This document shows, piece by piece, positions 10,632 to 21,333 of a stretch of 32,697 nt of DNA. The stretch spans positions 1,786,346-1,819,042 of the forward strand of contig NW_003526941.1 of the NCBI RefSeq assembly GCF_000181795.1, given 5' to 3'. This stretch comes from Trichinella spiralis (lineage: Eukaryota). The position numbers and the translations under genes were made by a program. The first letter of the stretch is position 1. Every line of letters starts with the position of its first letter. A model generated the notes under the pieces. That model saw only the letters and a program-made list of their open reading frames with translations. It was not told where the DNA came from and did no database searches.

Positions 10632-13600
10632 ATGGAGAAAAAGTCTCTCAGAAATTATGTAGAATTTGGAGCAAAACTATTAATGACGAAAGAGGTAATA
10701 TTTAATTAAAATTCAAATGTTCCAGCATTCCCTTTTTGTTATTTTAGTGGAAAAATCGTTATTTTATTTTTCGGAATTTGCCCGAAACTCATGGTATTTT
10801 ATTTTTAAGTGAAAGTTATTAAAAATTGAAAAATATTTTATGCAGATTGTTTCGAAGTAGTGGTGTACAAAAATGTGAATTATTTGAAGAAGCCGCCGAA
10901 ACAAGTTCTACGTTTGCTGCATTACTACGGCCTTGAGTCAGGTTTGTTGAAATAATTGCATTGTTTTTTCTTTTTGATTATTCAACTTTCTGGCAATAAT
11001 GTTATACAGGAAGGGATTTCAAGTTTTTGTGATAGGCTGTAACAGTTTCACACGTTCACGTAAGCAAACCAATTTTCTGAAAATTGCGTTCTAAACTTTT
11101 TTTGTCACTTTCGTTTCGCTCGATTGCCCATTTATTTTGCTATGTTTCAAACAAATACGCAACTATGGCATATTTTGATGTTTTTATTTTTGTTCACTTA
11201 ATTCTAGAATAATTTTTCAAAGTGAATCATATAATAATTGAAATGTTTACGACAACAAGAGTAGATTTTTATTAAACTCAAATTTTTTGTGCACCGAAAT
11301 ATGTTCGATTTCAAATTTGCAATGTAGTAAAGTGATGAATTTAAACTACATATGTGCATAAGAGAGTAAGCCGTTTGATGAGAATGTGGGAAAAAATTCG
11401 GTCATTCGGTATTTTTTATTACCTCAGTTAAGTACTGTAAATAAGAAGTTTACAAGTACAATTCGAATAAACACCGAGCAATTTAATTGAATTTTTTCAA
11501 TATTTTGGTTTTTTTTAATGTTTTGAAGTTTTAATTCGTCATGAAAGTTCCAACGAGAAAATGACATTTGTATTTGCGAGCAATTTTGCACTGAAAGAAA
11601 GTTTCAAAAAAATATTTCTTTATTTTTTAGGTTTGAATATTTGTGGCGAATGTTATACGCTGTCAGTGATATATGACGAAAATACTCTGGTTTTCGCGTT
11701 CGAAGAAGAGAAATTTCTTTTACACGCAGAAAGGCGTCTACGAAAATTGCTCGGATTCGGTGAAAAAGCTTTTTCTTTTTTTTTAAATATATTATTTGAA
11801 TCTTTTTTAATTTTTGTTTCTAATTTCAAACAGGATGTCTTTTTCGTTGTATGATATTGCTTGCTCCGGCTGAATCGCAGCTGAAATCAGACCAATATGT
11901 TCGTCTACTTTTGCAAAATGGACGCTTTTGTCTTGCTTCATCCGTGCCGGCTCAGATAATTGCCAAATTTCAAATTGAAACGTTGAAACGATTCGGTGCA
12001 TTGCAAAATAAATTCTACTTCGAACTCAATCAGTCTGATTATATTTTGCGTAGCAGTTTGTGCCGACAAATTGACGCTTGTTTTCGCCTTGCTTTGGATT
12101 ATCAATTGAACGCGTCACTTCAGATTGGTCAGTTTGTTGATTTAAGAAAGGTAAATTGATTGCTTTCTTTTTGCTTCAGGAAACGAGAAAGGCGATTTGG
12201 AAGAAGAATCTACTTGTTTAATGATGAATTGCAAAAGTGAAGAAATTGCAAATGAGAAGCATTGCTTGAAGGCTTGTGATTTCGTCATTGCACAAGGAAA
12301 AGCGAACGTGAATTTGCGTTCAAAAATGAAGGTAAATTTTATTTTGAATTTTCATCAAAAACTTGTTTAAATGATGTATGTTTTTTAAGCTGGGTAGAAA
12401 TAGTAGATTAATAGGTGAATTGCGTTGCGGTTGTGTAGCTTGCATTGCTCACAGATATATGAATCAACGGTTCATAGATTCGTTGGAATATTACAACAAC
12501 GTTGATGCAGTGTTCGCCAAATGTAAAAGGATGAAATGCCCGGACAACACTTTAGTAAGAGTTTTGTATTTATTTTCAATTATTTAAAAATGAAATTTTC
12601 AATAGACTGCAATAAAATCTGCCAACAAGAGCATTTGGAAAAGCATTTCTTCTTCGCTGGTGGTCGATTTGAACAAGCCGTTGCCTATTAGTGATAGCCA
12701 GTGTCAGTCGACCGTTCACAGCTCCGTCAAATGCGATCGGCTTTCTTTATCCATTGAAAAAGAGAATAATTCACTTGAAATGGACGATTCGTACTGCACG
12801 CTGCGAAACAGTGTGTACGAAGAATTGAATTTTTATAATGGCGCTTTTCAAAATGAGAAATTTACACATGCAAATTGTTTGCAGCGTTCAGTTGTCGGCA
12901 CAAAGTCGCAACTTAAGTGGAAGTGGAACATCGTTGGCGAGGAAGAGTTGTTTTAAGCCGACACTGCGCAATAAAGGGGATATTCGAACGTTTCTTAGGC
13001 ATAGTTTTCGACAAGCCGACGGTGCTGTAAATAATTGGTTTCGTCGCAACGTTAGTTTCAGATCGAGCAGAAAAATAATTGATTCAGATCAACACCATCT
13101 CATGGCTGAGGAGGTCGCTTTTTCCTTGTTTTTATTTATTCATTTATTTATTGAGATATTTTCAGCAAACACGAGTTGATAGCCCTGCTTTCAGTTGCAC
13201 CGCGTCTGCTTCCGCGAGCAGTGTGATTGAAGTAAGTTTATTTCTTCTACATTTCATTATTGAAATTGTCAATATTTTTATTTAATTAATTTTTAATACA
13301 ATATATGGATATATTTACAGTTTATTTGGGATATATATTTGTAATTTTTTAGGTAGTTCATAAACCGGTACCTTCTTTTGAACAAAACAAAGCGCTGAAT
13401 AGCAGTAATGAACGACGCAGTAGAAACGGTAAATTTGACAACGATGCAATATTGACATGTCATTTTTTTGTCTGCATCTTCTGCAGAAGACGAAACAGTT
13501 TCACCGAGAGTGAAATTACTTGAAAAGAAGTTGAACAGTTCTCAGAAACGTCACGAACTTCGGGCTGTATTTTCAAATTGTGTAGCTGGCTCGTTTGCAA

Positions 13601-14200
13601 TGTACGACGGGGATTGTCCTAATGAAGTGCCACTTGTTCCCAGTGATGTGATACGTAAACAAAGCACGCATCGCAATATGGATGAGAATCCAATTGCTGA
13701 ACTTGCCCCAGCGTCTGATTTACTAGCCCAGGGCAGGAATGCCTTTCCACCAAGGGCACCCCTGTCGGCTCCTTGTATTCCGCGCTATACGAAAGTGTTT
13801 GATTTTGGAACCGTACCGCTCAACTATTGCGAATTGGCATCTACGTCGACAACCATCCCGAAGCGGAATAATTTGGAAACCAGAGTCAAATCAAATTCAC
13901 TTCCCTGTCATGGTTCAAAGCAACAGGGGGGGAGGGTAGTGCAGTACGTCGATATTGACAAAATTGCCACTCAAGCTGCGCAAAAGGTAAACAACTGGGA
14001 TTTTTTTTCTGTTGCATCAAGTAATGCAAATTTAGACAGCAAATCAACGTGCTGTGGAATTGAACGTGCGTTGGTCTTCAACGCATGCATTGTCAGAGCG
14101 TTTGCAAAGGGAACCGAAAATGTCATGCAGTGGCTCAACGCGCGACAGCACCATACCAAGGACAGATTCTTTTTTCAACATCAAAGACATTTTTGATTAA
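10632..14200 (+). CDS. DOK7-like PH plus IRS-type PTB docking protein with a tyrosine-motif C-terminal tail
   Basis: Spliced N-terminus: MEKKSLRNY...KE|WKNRYFIFR...YYGLESG|LNICGECYTLSVIYDENTLVFAFEEE...RLRKLLGF|GCLFRC...VRLLLQNGRFCLASSVPAQIIAKFQIETLKRFGALQNKFYFE. This parallels DOK7 (GLEPGL...TLAIVC...MLGF...RIRYALG...LVLARDIPPAVTGQWKLSDLRRYGA...FIFE). The tail carries LNYCEL and VQYVDIDKIATQAA. The last exon is inferred as 14036-14200; middle exon boundaries are approximate. Confidence 0.75.
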
Positions 14201-15093
14201 GTTAATCTCAAATAAAATTGTTTTGTTTTCGGTTTCTATTTCCAACGGGTTAGTTCATTGAAATTAATAATAAAATTGCCTTGAATGCGATATTCGTTTT
14301 GCGAATGTGATGATGCGAATATCAGCATGCTTCTCTTTGGACAGACACTCTCCGTGCGGTGATTTTTATCCGTGAACAAATTGGTGGATACTGTAGCAAC
14401 TTGATTATCTTTATAACTTGTATATTATTTGATTTAAAAAAGAATGTTTAAACCGCGAATGTCATGCTGTTGATGACGTTGGCGGTTTTGTTTCTCTTCA
14501 TCAAAACTTAATTCACCAAGTGATGAGCAATTTGGCTGTTTTTCTTTGTTTTGATCTGATTGTCGACATTAAGTTTATACAGTAATGAATGGTGACTTGA
14601 TTGTCACCTTTAGTACTGTACATTTGCGTATTGGCTAGCGGTTGCACCTGTGAAACGAGCGTCCCTAGTACAGAGGTTGTTATCTTGCTTTCATTGCTGA
14701 CAGTACTGTTTGTATAAGTAATTTTCCAGTCTCGGGTAGGGGCTGTAATGTGATTTGATTTTCACTCGGTCCCTCATTACTGGAATGCCAATTTCGATTC
14801 GCTTGTTGCCCTATATTGTTGTTGTTGTTGTTGTTTTTTTTATTTTTTGAATTGAATGTCAACTGTTTTAGTGGAAAGTAAAGTGCACACGCTGTCAGGT
14901 GCATTTCACTTTTCGGAGTGATTTTCGTTTATCAGTGGTCAAAGAGCGTTCGATTACGTTGATGGTCGTCACATTTAAAGTGCGTAAGTAGAATTTGATT
15001 TTGTTTTTCCAAGTTTGTTTATGTCCATTTGAAACTTATCTGATATAGTTGGAACGCTGAAGCGTGAAGAGTGTGGCAGTTGAGAGACGAAGA

Positions 15094-15830
15094 ATGTCCT
15101 CGCCAAGCGCTGGCAAACGTCGCATGGATACGGATGTTATAAAATTGTAAAGTTCTATTTTCAGCATGATATATTTTTTGTTTTCTTTCTACAAAAATAT
15201 ATAAGCTATTCTTTCTTTTATTTCTCATCTCCTTACCCACCTCCCTTCGTTGTAAATGTTATTCTATGCACGTTTGGGTGTAATTTTTTGACCACTTCGT
15301 GAGAAAGTTTTCGCTTCCCCCAGTGACTGGTTCTGCCGGGCACGAGCAAGCATTAGCGCCGGGGTCAGTTTCAGCTGTTCCTTCTCGGCAATGATGATGA
15401 TGATGATGATGACGCGAGCGTCATGTCATACATGTTGTGGGCAGAATTGATCGGTCTGGCCGAGTGTCGCTCTCTGTAAACATTAGTTGTCTGCCGGTGA
15501 ATAGAGCGAAAGCACCAGTTTATATAGATAGATAGATAGATGTATTCTGTGCATGCATACAGAGAAAATATCGCATTCAGTAGTGTAAAATTTCAAATTT
15601 TGTTCAAAGTGTTTTGTTTCAGAATAGAAAGCAAACATGAAGTGACCATCTTGGGTGGCTTGAATGAATTTGCTGTGAAATTTTATGGACCCGAAGGAAG
15701 TAAGTTTTACGTTTCAAACAAAAAAAACAACTTATTATGCTTTTGTTGTTGTTGTTGTTGTTGTTGTTGTTTGTGTCTGTCTGGCTAAAGAAATGACTAG
15801 CTGTTATTGTTCAGAAATTATTTGTGTGCA

Positions 15831-15864
<34 letters not shown>

Positions 15865-18168
15865 TGTGTGCGTGTGTCTGCAGGTGCCAGGAGACGATGG
15901 CGTTTACTTGCAAACATTGATTCAGAAGCTTTTACAGCTCAAGGATAAACCTAGTGAACAGTTGTTGTTAGCAGTGATGTTGGTTCCAAAAAAAGAAGAC
16001 AAAAAATAATACGAAGGTCGTTGCTTAGAGACTAGAGCAAACCAACAACCTCTTGCGATGTGTTCAGCGAAAGATTTCAATAGCATTGACCTGTGATGCT
16101 GATTATCATTATTATTATTATTATTAGTGTGGTTATCATTTGATTCACACATTTTGTCAGATTCAGTATTGTTCTTCGACAACAGTCAATGTTGATTAGA
16201 ATGAAGAATTTTTGTATATTATTTGTCGGGCATTCAGAAAATTGTGTGCATGTCCCGGTTGGAGTTTTGAAAACGGCTTTCATGAATAACTTTCCCAAAA
16301 TCTACAGTACGTCAGTGTTTGTTGAGGTCTCGTTCTCGTCTCGTGAAAATTTCCATCCGACGATTCTACTATTTTCTCGTATTTCGATCGACACACAAGT
16401 CGGTCACGTGGTGCAACCGCAGCGTCGACTCTGGTAATAATTGCTGCTGCTGCTGTTGCTGACCGCTTGTCAATTACGACCTTTCATTATAAATATGTAT
16501 ATACACTTTGGAGAGCCGCTTAATTGTTCTGTTAGCACTGCCAACGACCGAGCGACCGACCAACCGAATTCATCGATACAACGAGCGACTTCTTTTCTAG
16601 TGGGATTTTGAAAAGTTTAAAATGCAAATTTTTTTGGCGAAGCTTTTTGGACCAAAGTAACTCGAATAGTTGATTTGGCCGTTTGTTTACTTCCGCTTTG
16701 TTTGCGATTGGTTGAATTGTTGAGATTCGTTCATCATAAATACTTGTTTCAGTTTATTTATTTATTTGGGGCATTTTATTTTTCCTTTCAACTTTGTAGC
16801 AGTGTTTAAATTGGAAAAAGATTCTCCTTCGATGAATTCTTTATATCATTTTCTGCTGTGATTTATTGGCGAATTGTTTGGTTTGATGAATTAATTAATT
16901 GTGTGTTTGTGTTGTTGTTGTCAGTGTTGCCGTCGTGGTCGAGTTAATTTTTATTCACTTGATTATCAATGGATCGTTTACTGCTTATTCTGTGAATAAG
17001 GAAAAAAATAATAGTCCACAGATGATAACACAACAATAAGTGTAAACTTCTCCAAAGAAGATAACGATCGAACGACGGTGTTGTTGATCAGCTATTATCA
17101 TTGCTTGAAAAGCCGTGTGAAATATTCCAGTTACACTAGTTTGTGCACAAATGGGAGATGGATGCGTGTTGTGAGCATGTTTTTGTGAATGTACTGCTTT
17201 TTTCTTTTACTCGAAAGGGGAACTATTTTCCACCAACCAACCAAAATCAATCAATCAAAATTATTCAATGCGCAGTATTATTGAACTGAAGCGTTTTTTT
17301 TTGCTCGTGGTGAAAATGGAAATTTTTCTATTGAAATATTTTTCACTTGCTCTTTCATGTTATAATATATATCCGTTTTGTATTATATAGTCTGTTGGGT
17401 ATGTAATAATGATAAATTTTTCACTTCAGCTCCGTATGAAGGTGGCGTTTGGCGTGTTCGCGTAGATTTGCCCGACAAGTATCCGTTTAAATCGCCGTCG
17501 ATCGGCTTTATGAACAAAATTTTTCATCCCAACATCGATGAAGCGTATGTTATGAATTGTTGTTATCAATTTGATATCAATGCTATTTGCAGGTCGGGGA
17601 CAGTATGTTTGGATGTAATAAACCAAGCTTGGACTGCATTGTTTGGTGAGCAGAGAAGATGACTGATTGATTGATTGGTCGAAATTTGTTTGGCAACTGT
17701 TGTAAATTGATCTCTTATTGGGATTGTAGACTTGGCGAACATTTTCGAATCTTTCCTGCCTCAGTTGCTTGCCTACCCCAATCCGACGGATCCGTTGAAC
17801 GGTGACGCGGCATCACTTTACCTGCACAAGCCAGAAGAGTTTAAAAAAAAGTGCCGAGGTATATCAATGTTTTCTTATCTTCCAATTTCCATAACTGAAA
17901 TTTGCATATCAAATTTTTTTCCATTTTCCTTGTTGTGTTTTTGCATTTGCTGTTTGCGGGATTTTGCGCAGATTTTGTAAGCAAGTACGCGTCGGAGGAT
18001 GCGCTGAGAAAATATTGCCCCGAAACCGACGGCCAGGGTTCGTCGACTTCAAGGCAGAGAGACTGCTGCGATGACAGTGAAAACGGCTGCGATGAAGAAA
18101 ACGGTTCGGATTCGGAAAGCACAATTTCCGATTTTTCTGAGGACGAAACCCGAGGCATGGAACTCTAG
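15094..18168 (+). CDS. UBE2H: Ubiquitin-conjugating enzyme E2 H (Ubc8 family), 6 coding exons
   Basis: Exons 15094-15146, 15623-15699, 17430-17544, 17593-17645, 17730-17858 and 17972-18168. Translation: [34 protein letters not shown]...[49 protein letters not shown] (HPN motif and catalytic Cys)...[13 protein letters not shown]. Confidence 0.97.
15744..15771 (+). repeat. (TGT)n microsatellite in UBE2H intron 2
   Basis: About 9 tandem TGT units. Confidence 0.9.
15835..15862 (+). repeat. (TG)14 microsatellite with degenerate TG flanks, directly upstream of a CTGCAG acceptor
   Basis: Read directly from the sequence; the degenerate TG tract spans ~15823-15880. Confidence 0.95.
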
Positions 18169-19280
18169 CACAGGTGCCAGCTGGTCTGGGAAATCCGGTC
18201 CAAAATTATATTTTTTCTCTTCGAGTTGTACTTTTCTTGTTTGTTTGTTTATTTGTTTGTTTTTCTTTTTAAATTATTTGTAATAATTTTTCTCTCTTCT
18301 TAATGTGAAAAAATTCGGTAGTGCGGTGACGCAGTCCGGCTGGCTGGTGTTGGTGGTTCACTTTCTTCACTGATCGTGTGTGTCTGTGTCTGTGTGATCA
18401 GGATGAAATTAGCCATCATTCACCACCACCACCACCACCATCACCAACCATCCCTGAGCCACTGCTTTTGCCCGGTGACAACAGGAGAGAATATTAACCA
18501 AAAGAAAAATAGAAAAAATCCAGTGCTTGCGTTTTTCCACTTTCTTTTCTCCACACCCTCTTCCGATTGTGATTCTGAACTGACGACCATGCTGCTACCG
18601 TAACCGTCCATAATGCCGTGCATTTTTTTCTCGGATACCTAGACACAAGGCTGGCTTCTTCTTGTTTTCTTTTAACGATTAAAGAAAAAAACAAGACAAG
18701 CTGCATCTTGATATTCACGTCCTCTTTTCAACCCCACCCCGCTGTGCAGCAACAGCCGAACGAACTTTTCTTCAGTCGACAGCCGTTTATTATTATTATC
18801 CATATTTCTATGTTTTGCTCTGTCTCACTTTTATTTTTTATAACAAAATGCAGCGCATTGCTTCGGCCTCACTTCTCTTCTTCCGTTTCTTCTCTGTTGC
18901 CCCACCCCACTTTTGTATATGTGCACGCCTGTTGAGAAGGGAAGACTTTATCTGGCACAAATTACATTACATGCTGGCAATGGTCTTTCTGTTATTTTTT
19001 CCTCGTCCTCCTCTCCTCTCCTTTTCTTTTCGATTAGTTGTTTTAAAAATATTTCCATGCAGTTTGGGCTTGACTAGCGCAGTTTTGACAAGCGTGCCTC
19101 TGCAGCAGCGTGATGTAAAAAAAGAAAGAAAAAAACATTGAAAAAACTGTTTTATGCATTGTTGTTGTTGTTGTTGATTTCGTCTTTTCCTATGGTAGCG
19201 TTGTTCATTTGCTGCATCAGAAGAAGAAGAAGAAGAAGTTCGAGTTGTCATTTTTGACTTTCTCAAAACTCTCTTCTTCC

Positions 19281-19283
<3 letters not shown>

Positions 19284-19321
<38 letters not shown>
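19284..19321. repeat. (AT)19 microsatellite between the convergent UBE2H and MARCH 3' ends
   Basis: Read directly from the sequence. Confidence 0.95.
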
Positions 19322-19324
<3 letters not shown>

Positions 19325-19664
19325 TAACAAACAGGAAACAAAACAAGCGGTCGCTCGCTGCTTAGCAACACTGGCTCATTTTCTGGACGGCAAGCAAGCA
19401 AGCATGCGATCGACAACGAACAAACAAACAACGATGCAACGTGAAAACAGCAGCAGAGGGATTTTTTGGCATAGCTGCTTGGGGGTTTTTTAATGACATT
19501 CTTCGTTCGGCAATGGGCGAGAGAGGGAGAGCGAAAGAGCATCCATCCATCATCATCATCTTCTTCATTTGTTGTTGTCGACTCTTGCTTACCTACCGAT
19601 TGACCAACACCAACCAGTAAACACATATATAAGCGAAAGAAGAAGAAGCGGATACTGACTCCAT

Positions 19665-20586
19665 TCATACCGAATCGACACAACGCGACAAGTCTTGCTT
19701 TGGAAAATCCGGACAATTACCCACGTAGATCACCTTGTTGTAAGCTTTCCAACGGCGGAACAGTTGCACGTACATTTTGCACTGGACGTACATGAACACC
19801 AGGCCGCCGGTGAAGCCGATCGCCACGACGATCAGTTTGGTCCAAAATGGCCAATCCAAGTGACCTTCGCGAATTTCCTCGGCAGTGCGGTCGATCAGCA
19901 CGTACAACGACCAGACGACGCAAGTGATCGCGATGACGTGGAAGGCAACTGAGCAGAATATTTTCCGCCGTTCCACCGAACTTATGTCCAACTTTTCCCA
20001 CTTAAAATGAAACGAAACGTAAAATTTAAAGGAAAATTCAAAAATTTGCACAGCCCCTGACCAATATAGAGAGAGAGCGGGAAGAAATTTTTGCATAATA
20101 CCGCCCAAGCTGTCTGTGTCTCTGGGTTTCACCACAACAACTGAGCTGTGAATTGGAATTCTCGATTGATCCCCTTTGGTGAATAGAAAATAATGATCTC
20201 GATTTGTATCGAATTGCAATTTGCCCCATTCATAACCACTACTCTGCCGCCACCTTATCTCACTAGAAGAGAAGCGTTACGCTGCTGCTGCTGCTAGTTC
20301 TTGATCGATGATTTATTCCATTTTTCAAATTCAGAAGAAGAGCAAAAAATAACCAAAAAAGATTGATTGACAAAAACAAAAGAAACTGCAAATTTGAAAA
20401 CAAAACACAACATGCTTCTTATTCATACCATATGTTATTATGAGTGAAGTAAGCGAGATATTTTCACACATTATTTGCTCAATTAATCCTCTTCTCCTAA
20501 ATCCTCCTCCTACTCTTAATGCTTTCTTCATTTTCAAATAAATGCATGCATGCATGAAACAATAACGCTGTTCAGAAGGAAATGAA

Positions 20587-20632
<46 letters not shown>

Positions 20633-21333
20633 TTGCAATATGAGCTCTCATCAAAATAATAATGAATCTTCCAATTCAAACACTAATTACCTATTTAATT
20701 GTAATGCTAAGCATGCAAAGTTTACCGTTTAGGGCATTTCGAATTTTTCCCACTTACCTTGCGGAATGGCTTCACTTTGGTCTGCATGATAAAGCTGAAT
20801 CGGCACACTTCGCAGGCTTTGGTCTGCGACGATTTGATCCACTGCTGCAAGCACTTCTGGTGCACATACTTCAACGTGCCGCTGCAATAGCAGGGCGCGA
20901 TCAACGGTTGGTCCGGTGCCGCTTCACAGTGGCAGATGCGGCAGATTTCGTTCGACATGGTCGACGAGACCGACTTGCCCGACAAAGCCGACTGAACCCC
21001 GTGACCATGCAACTGCTGTTGTCTGGTCATCGAACAAGCGGTGGTTACCGTTGCACTGGTGGTTGTGGTGGAGGTGGGGGTGGAGGTGGTCGTTGCCGAC
21101 GACAACACCCTTTGGTCGCTACTCACACGACCAGGCAACAGTTGAACCATCTGCGAAGGCACGTCGGCACCGCGGCCGTTTTGGTTGTTGCCGCCGCTGT
21201 TGTTGCTCATGCTCCATGTTGAGAGTGTTTTCACAAACAGACGACGAGGCGGTGCCGAAGACGACTCTTCCACAATATCCAAACCGTCCGACGACCGTAG
21301 CAGCTCTTCGCTTCGGCACTTCTGGGCGAACAT
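19665..21333 (-). CDS. MARCHF8: Membrane-associated RING-CH E3 ubiquitin ligase, MARCH1/MARCH8-like
   Basis: Exons 21333(?)-20758 and 20000-19665. RING-CH domain: [48 protein letters not shown]. It is followed by [49 protein letters not shown] and a second [28 protein letters not shown]. The start codon is uncertain (21333 or 21210). Confidence 0.93.
20589..20628. repeat. (GT)20 / (AC)20 microsatellite in the MARCH intron
   Basis: Read directly from the sequence. Confidence 0.95.

Noticed and set aside
17859..17971. U12-type intron in UBE2H (GTATATC donor; TTCCATAAC resembling a branch point)
   Set aside because: The donor lacks the ATCC core, and the branch-like motif is ~75 nt from the acceptor. 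No canonical RTATCCTT donor was found in any modelled intron.
18376..19716. ORFs with poly-H, poly-Q, YIYI and poly-S runs, including the 249-aa ORF at 18967..19716
   Set aside because: These are translations of microsatellites in the 3' UTR/intergenic region.
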